Of a stretch of DNA of 64,000 nt, positions 49,345 to 58,359 are shown piece after piece. Both the position numbers and the translations under genes were made by a program. The notes under the pieces are model-generated. The model ran no database searches, was not told where the DNA came from, and saw only the letters and a program-made list of their open reading frames with translations. Source of the DNA: an uncultured bacterium (lineage in GTDB: Bacteria > Oederibacteriota > JAAXVQ01 > JAUVAV01). Location of the stretch: the NCBI GenBank assembly GCA_963710755.1, contig CAVQBK010000001.1, forward strand, positions 192,001 to 256,000, written 5' to 3'. Within the stretch, counting starts at the first letter, position 1. Each line of letters begins with the position of its first letter.

Positions 49345-50979
49345 GTGGCCATGCGCCTTAATGCACTGATACTCAGCCTTTTAATGGTAGGACTTAGTCC
49401 GGCCGCCAGTATCCTGGCTGAGACCAGTCCTGTTTTACAAGCCTTCCAAACCCTGCATAGTTCTGCTGACTTCAATCAAAAAGTCCAGGCTTATATCCGG
49501 CATTTTGACGATACTGCAGCTGTTCATCCTGAAAAACAGGATATTTATTTGCAGCAATTAATTCTAAGCAGGTACTTTGCCTTGATGGCCCAGGACCGGC
49601 AGGACCGTGAAGCTGCTTTACTGGCTTTTTTCCAAAATAGTCCCTGGTCAACCCAAACCGCACTCCTTGATGTTTTTTCCAAAATGCAATCATCCCGAAT
49701 CAGCGCAGCCTTACTGGACACTGCCGCCAAAGAGCCGGACGAGGATAAAAAATTAACCCTGGAAGAAGTGGCCCTGCAATCCCAGCCGGACAGTTTTAAC
49801 CCTCAGGCCACCATTGGCAGTGCGCCCCAATTGGTGCAAGATTGGTCAGTTTACCTGGCCAAAGGCAACACGCTGGTGGTGCAGGCTACCTTGGACTTGC
49901 TGGCTAATACCACCACCGGCTACAGCACTATCGTAAATGGTGCCGGGCAGGCCAAACGGCAGCTCTTTCCCGCTATGGCCCAATTAAAAGCTTTGGCCCT
50001 GGACATCACCGATTATTTCCTCTTAAATGATGCTGCCATCCGCACGTTGATCCTGAATAATCATGAGGTCCCCACGCTTACAGCCATGATGCCGACCTTG
50101 AAAAAACTGGCTTTAACAGCCTTAGCCAACGGTGATGCCGAACTGATGGGGAGATCTCTGATTGCACTTGGAAACAGCTGGGATATGGAACCGGAAAAAA
50201 CCTTTTACCGCGGACTGGAAGCCGGATTAAAAGGCCAGCAAGGCATCCTTCAGAGGGACTTAACCACCCTTAAAAATCAGTCCAGCCCCTATGCTTTGGG
50301 GCTAATGGGTTGGGAACAGCACCATCGTTTTCTTTCCGGACAATCTAAATGGCAGTACAAGCCGCTAAATATGCCACCAGCTGAGTTGGCCGCAGCCGCA
50401 GTTAAAGCCCTTGATACTTGGACGACTTGGTTTAGCTTTCAGGCGATCACCAATATTAAGCCCTCAGGCAGGCATATGCTCGGTTTGGATGTGCTTCCCT
50501 TGGTGGTATGTGCACGGACACCTTCAGGTGGTGTTCTGTGCTCCATTGCCGCCGAGGAAAGCGACTGTTTAATGCTGCATCAGGAAATGATGACCCGCTG
50601 GAGTTCCAGCCGTGGGCAATGGTCGGACATCTCAAATTTCCTTATCTATGATCAGCTCCAGGCACAGTTTTCTCAGGAAGCTTTGAAAACCTTCCTTCAA
50701 ACGCATCGCCCGTCACGAACTGTTGAGATAGAACGACCGGGAACTGGGCGACTTATAGGATTGACTTATTTGCTGGCCTCCGCAACTGCCTTGCCGGAGA
50801 TGCCACAACCACCGGGCGTTCATCCTGTGCAACTCGTCCTTTATCTTGATCAGCAAACCCAGTTGCCCTCAGGCTTGGAAATAACTTATCAATTAAACCA
50901 AAGCCCGTCCCCGGCCTTTGCCAGCCTCACCACCTTCTCTACCGGGGATCCTTTTTTACTTGATTGGCTGAAACATTAA
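49345..50979 (+). CDS. Hypothetical secreted protein
   Basis: 544-aa ORF filling the gap; signal-peptide-like N-terminus; no motif recognised. Confidence 0.7.
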   Translation: MAMRLNALILSLLMVGLSPAASILAETSPVLQAFQTLHSSADFNQKVQAYIRHFDDTAAVHPEKQDIYLQQLILSRYFALMAQDRQDREAALLAFFQNSPWSTQTALLDVFSKMQSSRISAALLDTAAKEPDEDKKLTLEEVALQSQPDSFNPQATIGSAPQLVQDWSVYLAKGNTLVVQATLDLLANTTTGYSTIVNGAGQAKRQLFPAMAQLKALALDITDYFLLNDAAIRTLILNNHEVPTLTAMMPTLKKLALTALANGDAELMGRSLIALGNSWDMEPEKTFYRGLEAGLKGQQGILQRDLTTLKNQSSPYALGLMGWEQHHRFLSGQSKWQYKPLNMPPAELAAAAVKALDTWTTWFSFQAITNIKPSGRHMLGLDVLPLVVCARTPSGGVLCSIAAEESDCLMLHQEMMTRWSSSRGQWSDISNFLIYDQLQAQFSQEALKTFLQTHRPSRTVEIERPGTGRLIGLTYLLASATALPEMPQPPGVHPVQLVLYLDQQTQLPSGLEITYQLNQSPSPAFASLTTFSTGDPFLLDWLKH

Positions 50980-51006
50980 TAGTCATACCATCTATAAAGG
51001 ACCATC

Positions 51007-52341
51007 ATGAAACAGTTTTACATTCATACTATTGGATGCCAAATGAATGAATACGATTCCGACCGGCTGGCCCAAGAGCTTTATGCCCAAGGTTGGATGC
51101 AAGCTTTCTCGCCTGAGGATGCCGATTTACTGCTACTCAACACTTGTACAGTACGACAGCTGGCGGAACACAAAGCCCTAAGCATGATTGGCCGTTGGAA
51201 CAAGCTGAAACAGGAGCATCCTGCGATAAAGATCGGCATGGCCGGATGTTTGGCCCAACATATGGGCTCTCAGGCATTTAAAAAAGTCCCTGGGTTGGAT
51301 TTTATCGTTGGGCCCCGCGCGCTTACCACCTTACCGGCTGTTATTGCCCAGACCAGGTCCGGTGAAAAAGGCATCAGCCTTGGAGTGGAAAACTTTGGTG
51401 AAGGCGGCGGCTCGGTGACGTCTTCTCCGGCGGTGACCGCCTATGTGGCCGTCATGGAAGGCTGTGATCAATATTGCACTTATTGCGCGGTACCGCACGC
51501 CCGGGGGCGTGAGGTATCCCGCCCTGCGGAAGCCATCGTTACCGAGGTCAAGCGTCGTATACAGCAAGGCCATAAGGAAATTATCCTATTGGGTCAAAAT
51601 ATTACCCGTTATGGTCGGGATTTACCGTCGCCCATGACCCTGGCCGCCTTGCTGCAGCGCCTGGCCCGTATTGAAGGCCTGAAACGGCTGCGCTTTTTGA
51701 CCGGCCATCCCCAGGCCTTTGACCAAGACCTGATTGATGCCATGACGGCCTTAAAGGTGGTTTGTCCCTCGCTTCATCTACCGCTGCAAGCCGGCTCAGA
51801 CAGGATACTAAAAGCCATGAACCGTGGTTACACCATGGATCAATACCTGGAGCTGGTGGCGCGCATCCGTGCATCGCTTCCGGAGATAGCGTTGTCGACA
51901 GATCTCATTGTAGGCTTTCCCGGGGAAGAGGAAGCGGACTTCGAACAAACCTTGCAGGCTGTGGACACCATAGGGTATGATATGGCTTATTGCTTCAAAT
52001 TTTCACCTCGCCAGGGAACAGCGGCAGCAGCCATGAAGCACCAAGTGCCACAAGCACTCAAGGAAGAACGGCTGCAACGGTTGTTGCAGTTGGTTAACCA
52101 ACAAGTGATGACCAGTAAGCAAAAACAACTGCACCGGGTCCTGCCGGTGCTGGTAGAGCGCATGGATGATAAGAATGGCCGCCGGTGTCAAGGCCGCAGC
52201 CATAACAATCATATTGTTTTCTTCGAAGGACCGAGCACCTTAATCGGACAGGAGGTCCTTGTGCACATAACCAAGATAGGCCATTTCTCGCTGGTTGGTG
52301 AGCTAACAGCAGAAGTTGAGGTGCCCCATGTTCTCCCCTAA
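51007..52341 (+). CDS. miaB: tRNA-i6A37 methylthiotransferase MiaB
   Basis: GCQMNEYDS, NTCTVR, GCDQYCTYCAVP.ARG (radical SAM), STDLIVGFPGE, FSPR.GT, TRAM domain. Confidence 0.95.
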   Translation: MKQFYIHTIGCQMNEYDSDRLAQELYAQGWMQAFSPEDADLLLLNTCTVRQLAEHKALSMIGRWNKLKQEHPAIKIGMAGCLAQHMGSQAFKKVPGLDFIVGPRALTTLPAVIAQTRSGEKGISLGVENFGEGGGSVTSSPAVTAYVAVMEGCDQYCTYCAVPHARGREVSRPAEAIVTEVKRRIQQGHKEIILLGQNITRYGRDLPSPMTLAALLQRLARIEGLKRLRFLTGHPQAFDQDLIDAMTALKVVCPSLHLPLQAGSDRILKAMNRGYTMDQYLELVARIRASLPEIALSTDLIVGFPGEEEADFEQTLQAVDTIGYDMAYCFKFSPRQGTAAAAMKHQVPQALKEERLQRLLQLVNQQVMTSKQKQLHRVLPVLVERMDDKNGRRCQGRSHNNHIVFFEGPSTLIGQEVLVHITKIGHFSLVGELTAEVEVPHVLP

Positions 52342-53365
52342 GTTTTCCAAGTTACTGCAGATAGGGTTGATGCTGACCGCGGTCTCTGCCGGACCGGCAC
52401 TGGGCTGGTCTGCAGGCCCGGTTGAAGACCTGCCTTATTATCAGGCTTTGAGTTTGTACCATCAAAAGCAGTGGGAACCTGCCAAAAAAGCTTTTCAGGC
52501 TTACGCTCAACAATATCCCCAATCCAAATGGCACCTGGCTGTCCAATTGCGTCTTGCCGACATGGCGGACACGCCCGGTGATTCCATTGCCGGTTATTTG
52601 GCGGTACTTAACTCGGCCCCCCGGTCGGAATGGGCCCAGGATGCGCTGTGGGGATTAATCAGTACTTATTTTACTCTGGGTCAGTATGCCAAAGTTGTTA
52701 CCTATGAGGCACAATTGAATCCGCACAATCCTTCCCGTTTGTCCAAAGCACTAACTTTGGTCGGTGATGCCCATTTGGCTTTAAAAGAACCGGACCAAGC
52801 CAAACGAGCTTTTACCCAGGCTTTTGAAACAGCCCTTGAACCGTTGGTCAAACAAAAAGCGCTGGTGGGTATGGGAGATGCCGAAGCGGCTTTAAAAACT
52901 TATGACCGTGCCTTGACCCATTATAACCAATATTTAAAAGACTACCCTAAGGGACCGTTCTCCAGCCATGCGCTTAACCAAAAAAGTCATCTGTTGGCCC
53001 TGCAGGGTGACCAGGCCCAGGCGATGAAAACTGCCCAGCGTCTGGTGACCGATTATCCGGAAAGCGAGGAGGCGTCCAAAGCTAAGCGGCGTCTTGAACC
53101 TGCTTCCGAGCGGGATAACTTCACTGTCCAGGTCGGCGCTTTTTCAAAAAAAGCCTATGCCCAGAGCTTGGAGAAAAAATTGAGAAAACAAGGCTATAAC
53201 GCCTATCATCTTAAAGTAACCTTAAAAGACCAAACATTGATCCAGGTCAGGGTGGGGCAATACCATACCCGGGCCTTTGCTGAAGAAATCGGCGAGAAAT
53301 TAAAGCAGCAGGAAGAACTGCCTTTTGTCGTGGTTCCTTATCAAGATCCCCGCGCTGAACCGTAA
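52328..53365 (+). CDS. TPR plus SPOR-domain periplasmic protein
   Basis: Signal peptide, YP-type TPRs, C-terminal FTVQVGAF...VRVG.Y SPOR motif; ATG 52328 after GAGGTG. Confidence 0.88.
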   Translation: MFSPKFSKLLQIGLMLTAVSAGPALGWSAGPVEDLPYYQALSLYHQKQWEPAKKAFQAYAQQYPQSKWHLAVQLRLADMADTPGDSIAGYLAVLNSAPRSEWAQDALWGLISTYFTLGQYAKVVTYEAQLNPHNPSRLSKALTLVGDAHLALKEPDQAKRAFTQAFETALEPLVKQKALVGMGDAEAALKTYDRALTHYNQYLKDYPKGPFSSHALNQKSHLLALQGDQAQAMKTAQRLVTDYPESEEASKAKRRLEPASERDNFTVQVGAFSKKAYAQSLEKKLRKQGYNAYHLKVTLKDQTLIQVRVGQYHTRAFAEEIGEKLKQQEELPFVVVPYQDPRAEP

Positions 53366-53422
53366 TCCAACTACGTCTGGCGCGCAGCCTTATCCCTTTC
53401 ACCTTTAATGCAGGAGTTGCCC

Positions 53423-56059
53423 GTGAATTCAAAGTCCAGGGAAAAAACCACCCCCATGATGGCCCAGTACCAGCAGATCAAGGCTGAGAACAAGGATGCC
53501 TTCCTGTTCTTCCGGCTTGGCGATTTTTATGAACTGTTTGGCGACGATGCCGTGGAAGCCAGCCGGCTTTTGGAAATCACCCTCACCGCCAGGGGATCTG
53601 GGGAAGGGCGCATCAACAAGATCCCCATGTGCGGCGTGCCCTATCATGCAGCCAATCATTACATTAATAAACTCTTGAAAGCCGGCAAAAAAGTGGCCAT
53701 TGTCGAACAGGTGGAAGATCCCAAAAAAGCCAAAGGCATGGTCAAACGGGAATTAGTCAAGATCATTACACCCGGCACCAAATTATTGCCTGAGAGTCTG
53801 GAAGCCAAAGAGAATAATTATCTGACCAGCTTGGCTATGGCCGGCGGCACCTTGGGTTTGGCGGCCGCTGATCTGTCGACCGGTGAATTCCGCACCACTG
53901 AATTTAAAGGCCCGCAGGCAGAAAGCATGCTTATGACGGAGCTTAACCGGCTCAATCCCTCCGAATGTTTGGTTCCCGACGATATGGCCACCAACATAAG
54001 ACAACAGCTTACCAGAAACACCACGATTTATGTGACTACCCTGGAAGGTTACCGCTTTGACCCTGATGCCGGACGCAGCCAATTAACTGAATATTTCCAA
54101 ACACAGTCTTTGGATGGATTCGGAATCAGCCATTTTTCCAGCGGTTTGGGAGCGGCTGCAGCCTTGCTTTATTACATGACCGATACCCAGAAATGCCGGC
54201 TGGACCATATTCAAAAAATCGTGCCCTATACTGTTTATGATCAAATGGGCCTGGATGATGCCACCATCCGCAATCTGGAATTAACCGCCAACTTGCAGGA
54301 CCACACCCGCAACCATACCTTGCTTCAGATCCTGGATCACACGTTGACCGCCATGGGCGGCCGGCGGCTTCATCAATGGCTGGTCAGACCTTTGGTGGAT
54401 CTGGATAAAATCAATCATCGCCAGGCCGCCGTGGCGGAATTAGTCTCTTCCACCATCCTGCGCCAGGCGCTGGCCGACGCTTTAACCAAATGTTATGATC
54501 TGGAGCGTCTGGCCGGGCGTTTAGGCTCAGGAACCGCTCATCCCCGGGATCTGGCCGCCTTGCGTTCCACCCTGGGCCTGATCCCAACGCTCAAAGAAAT
54601 ACTCAAACCGGCTCAATCCTATCTGCTTGGCATCTTGGCTGTGAATTGCCCGGCCTGCGAAGGCATCAAATCCCTCCTGGATCAAGCGCTGGTGGACGAT
54701 CCTCCGCTTACGCTCAAAGATGGCGGTGTGATCAGGACGGGTTATCATGCCCAGGTGGATGAGCTTCGCAATTTGTCCCAAACCGGCAAGCGTTTCATCA
54801 CCGAACTGCAGCAGCAGGAAAGGGAACGTACCGGAATTGGTAACCTGAAGATTGAATTTAACAGTGTTTTTGGCTACTACATCGAGGTCACCAAGAGCAA
54901 CAGTAAAAATGTTCCTGATGATTATCAACGCAAACAGACTTTGGTCAATGCCGAACGTTACATCACCCCGGCCCTAAAGGCCTATGAAGAAAAGGTTCTT
55001 CATGCCCAGGAGAGTCTGGTAGCCCTGGAGCAGGACCTTTTTCAGCAACTCCGAACCGCACTACTCGATGATATTCAGCAATTACTTCAAGCTGCCGACC
55101 ATGTGGCCACCTGGGACGGGTGCTACGCCCTGGCGGAAGCCGCAGTGAGAAACAATTACTGCCAGCCTCAGCTCAATCAGGATGGTCCCTTGCTGATAAA
55201 AGACGGCCGCCATCCGGTGGTGGAACAACTGGTGACCGAAAAGTTCATTCCTAATGATCTGGACCTGGATCATGAACATCATTTGATTTCCGTGATTACC
55301 GGCCCAAATATGGCGGGAAAATCCACCTATTTAAGGCAGAATGCGCTCATTGTGATCATGGCTCAGATGGGGAGTTTTGTGCCTGCCCGGGAAGCGCGCC
55401 TGAGTATGATCGACCGCGTTTTTACCCGGGTGGGCGCTGCGGACAATCTGGCCGGTGGGCAGAGTACGTTTATGGTGGAAATGAATGAGACGGCCTCCAT
55501 TTTAAACAATGCCACCGAACGTTCGCTGGTGATTTTGGATGAAGTGGGGCGGGGGACCAGCACTTTTGACGGCGTTTCCATTGCCTGGGCAGTGGCGGAG
55601 TATTTGCATGACCGGGTCAAGGCCAAAACCTTATTTGCCACCCATTACTACGAACTTACGGAACTGGCGTTGTCCATGCCCAAAATTAAAAACAACAACA
55701 TTGCCGTCAAAGAATGGAAAGACGATATTATTTTTCTGAGAAAAATTATGTCCGGCAGCGCCGACCGCTCCTATGGCATTCAGGTGGCGCGTCTGGCAGG
55801 CCTGCCGGAACCGGTTTTGAAAAGAGCCAGAGAAGTGCTGACCAACCTGGAAAACGCCAATTACACGGACTCCGGCAGTTCCCGGCTGGCCGTGCACACA
55901 GCCCAAGCCAGCGATGGCGTACCCGGGCTCTTTGGAGAACCACAGCAGCACGGACCTGGACAAGCTGTGGTGGAAGCCCTGAAGAATTTACCTCTCAATG
56001 AACTTACGCCTTTGGAAGCCTTGAATCACTTGGCCAAATTAAAAACTTTGGTGGAATAG
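53423..56059 (+). CDS. mutS: DNA mismatch repair protein MutS
   Basis: TPMMAQY, RLGDFYELF, TGPNMAGKST, STFMVEM, DEVGRGTST, SYGIQVARLAG; GTG 53423 after AGGAG (track start 53408). Confidence 0.98.
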   Translation: MNSKSREKTTPMMAQYQQIKAENKDAFLFFRLGDFYELFGDDAVEASRLLEITLTARGSGEGRINKIPMCGVPYHAANHYINKLLKAGKKVAIVEQVEDPKKAKGMVKRELVKIITPGTKLLPESLEAKENNYLTSLAMAGGTLGLAAADLSTGEFRTTEFKGPQAESMLMTELNRLNPSECLVPDDMATNIRQQLTRNTTIYVTTLEGYRFDPDAGRSQLTEYFQTQSLDGFGISHFSSGLGAAAALLYYMTDTQKCRLDHIQKIVPYTVYDQMGLDDATIRNLELTANLQDHTRNHTLLQILDHTLTAMGGRRLHQWLVRPLVDLDKINHRQAAVAELVSSTILRQALADALTKCYDLERLAGRLGSGTAHPRDLAALRSTLGLIPTLKEILKPAQSYLLGILAVNCPACEGIKSLLDQALVDDPPLTLKDGGVIRTGYHAQVDELRNLSQTGKRFITELQQQERERTGIGNLKIEFNSVFGYYIEVTKSNSKNVPDDYQRKQTLVNAERYITPALKAYEEKVLHAQESLVALEQDLFQQLRTALLDDIQQLLQAADHVATWDGCYALAEAAVRNNYCQPQLNQDGPLLIKDGRHPVVEQLVTEKFIPNDLDLDHEHHLISVITGPNMAGKSTYLRQNALIVIMAQMGSFVPAREARLSMIDRVFTRVGAADNLAGGQSTFMVEMNETASILNNATERSLVILDEVGRGTSTFDGVSIAWAVAEYLHDRVKAKTLFATHYYELTELALSMPKIKNNNIAVKEWKDDIIFLRKIMSGSADRSYGIQVARLAGLPEPVLKRAREVLTNLENANYTDSGSSRLAVHTAQASDGVPGLFGEPQQHGPGQAVVEALKNLPLNELTPLEALNHLAKLKTLVE

Positions 56060-56145
56060 TAACTTATCCATCCTGGACCTGACGGGTATGGTAAGTGTTG
56101 CCAGGATGAATAATTTGTGTCCCTACAATTGATCGCTTTGTTATC

Positions 56146-58359
56146 TCACACAGGCAATATAAAGGAAACCACCGTCCCTTTTTTGGGAACGGATTTAAAT
56201 ACAACGGCCCCACCATAATTTTCAATAATACGTTTAACCACATACAAGCCCAACCCCGTACTTTCGAAGTCCGATTGGGCATTAATTCCCTTTACAAAAC
56301 TGTCAAACAGCTGATGCTGAATATCCGGAGGAATACCGGGCCCGGTGTCACTTACCGTAAATTCATAGAAATCCCCAGGGCTTTCAATACTACCCAACCC
56401 ATACTTTATCAAATCCGGACCTGTGGCCATTTTCAGGGTCAATTCCACACTATCTCTGATATTGGAAAATTTAAAGGCGTTGGAAATCAGATGATGGAGC
56501 ACCAATTTAATTTGATGACTCTCGGCGTTGATATAACGGATATTCTCCGTTTGCACATAGTTCCACAGAATATGTTTGTCATAATATTTTTGACTGATGT
56601 TCTCAAATACTTCTGTAACCAATTCATTGATATCAAAGCGCAAATGCCGGTATTTCTCCTGCCCTTTGTCAATTTTAGCAATTTCGATAATATCCAGAGC
56701 CAGGGTGTTCAACCGTTCGATATTGTTGGTTAGGATACGGTAAATGCTCTCCTTGTCTTTATCCGGGCAGGAGCGTCTCAATATGGTCGATGCGGCCGAG
56801 ATGGAGGTGAGCGGCGTGCGGATATTATGGAGCGCCATAGTAAAAAAGTTTGATTGTTCCCCGTATAAGGCCTGCATTTTTTCCAAAGCCGCTTCCAGTG
56901 TAGTCGTACGTTTGCTTATTTTACCGTTAAGATTAATATTGGCTTCCCACAGATCATGGCTGAGTTGACGCATTTGCTCATAAATATAAGCATTGGTCAG
57001 CGCCCCTAAAGCATAGGGGAGCAGCCGGTCAAACCAGGTCATCTGATAGGGCTTTAACACCAATTTGTGCCGTAGTCGGCCTATCAAAAAGACAGCGTAG
57101 ACGGTCTGGCCATGGACAATCGGAAGAATGATTTGGGCATCATAATTTACGAACAGGGCCAACAGTGCTTCTTGTTGATCGAAAGCATCCATACGGTGGT
57201 TTAATTCTTCCCAAACCAGCATGGCATTCTGACCGCGCAGGCAATCCAGTCCAATTTGTTCCTCATGGTCAAGCAACCGTCCCTGTTCTTCCTGATCCAA
57301 TAATTCATAGGTCATGGTAAATTGATCCAACAAAATCACCTTAACGTCCTGGCTTTTAATCATCTCACGACTGAGTCGGACGATCTGACCGGCGCATTTT
57401 TTGGCGATTTGGAGTTGGATAATGGAATCCAGTACCGTTCCTTGCAGGTCCAGTTGACGCTGATGACGGAGGCGGATCAAATGTTGGGGAAGCAGGTAAA
57501 TAATGAGGATGGCCGGAATAATGCCTGCCAGAACCGCCAATACATGACGAGGTACAAATTGGTGCACCGTACCGTGAATCTCCACAATCAAACCATACCA
57601 CAGTAGCAACCCGGCTATAATCGCCACCAAATAAGCCGCCAGGGATTGCAAAATAATTCTGAATGGAGAGCTTTTATAAATATAGATGGCGTAGGCCGCA
57701 AAGCCTACGGAGAACAGGATGTTGAGATACCCAAAAGGAAAGAGGGCCACGCCAAATGAAGGAAGGAAATTAACCGCTCCGCTGCCACTGAGCAAAAAGG
57801 CCACACCCAAAAGAATCATGCGTTTCCGGCGGATTTGATCAAGTTCCTGATGATAAGCCTGCCACCACATCGCGAAAGCATAACCCATGACCAGTAAAAA
57901 AAAGAGCAGATAAGCAAAACCCACCGGACCATAACGAGGATAGTTTCCGAAAGCATAATGATTCACCCCGGTAACCAACCCCCAATTCGGGTTCAAGGCG
58001 AGAACGAAAAATGCAGCAGAGAAGACCACAATAAGCCGCATGGTCCGCCGTGGAAAAACATGGTATTTTTTAAGAAAGGTGGCACTAAAATACAAAAAAG
58101 CAGTGGGAATAAACATCACGCCCAACTGATGAAGTCCGTTGAAAAGTCCATGCCAAAAGGACGTGATAGTTAGGCCCCCTAATCCAGTGCCCAATAGCCA
58201 AAGCGTTAAAGTCAGGCAAGCCCAAGCAAAAGCCGGGGCATAGAAATGGGTTTTGCGCCGCAAAAAGCTGTCCAGGGAGACAAATAACATAATCAACCCG
58301 GCCACCATGAAATGCAGACTGTAATTGGTGCCGGTCAGATTCGCCAATGCCGGCGTCAT
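56146..58359 (-). CDS. Membrane histidine kinase (HisKA_7TM-like N-terminus, GAF-like, HisKA, HATPase), paralog 2
   Basis: Multiple TM helices; MALHNIRTPLT H-box; HLISNAFKFS, DTGPGI, STGLGLY. Confidence 0.88.
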   Translation of the reverse strand: MTPALANLTGTNYSLHFMVAGLIMLFVSLDSFLRRKTHFYAPAFAWACLTLTLWLLGTGLGGLTITSFWHGLFNGLHQLGVMFIPTAFLYFSATFLKKYHVFPRRTMRLIVVFSAAFFVLALNPNWGLVTGVNHYAFGNYPRYGPVGFAYLLFFLLVMGYAFAMWWQAYHQELDQIRRKRMILLGVAFLLSGSGAVNFLPSFGVALFPFGYLNILFSVGFAAYAIYIYKSSPFRIILQSLAAYLVAIIAGLLLWYGLIVEIHGTVHQFVPRHVLAVLAGIIPAILIIYLLPQHLIRLRHQRQLDLQGTVLDSIIQLQIAKKCAGQIVRLSREMIKSQDVKVILLDQFTMTYELLDQEEQGRLLDHEEQIGLDCLRGQNAMLVWEELNHRMDAFDQQEALLALFVNYDAQIILPIVHGQTVYAVFLIGRLRHKLVLKPYQMTWFDRLLPYALGALTNAYIYEQMRQLSHDLWEANINLNGKISKRTTTLEAALEKMQALYGEQSNFFTMALHNIRTPLTSISAASTILRRSCPDKDKESIYRILTNNIERLNTLALDIIEIAKIDKGQEKYRHLRFDINELVTEVFENISQKYYDKHILWNYVQTENIRYINAESHQIKLVLHHLISNAFKFSNIRDSVELTLKMATGPDLIKYGLGSIESPGDFYEFTVSDTGPGIPPDIQHQLFDSFVKGINAQSDFESTGLGLYVVKRIIENYGGAVVFKSVPKKGTVVSFILPV

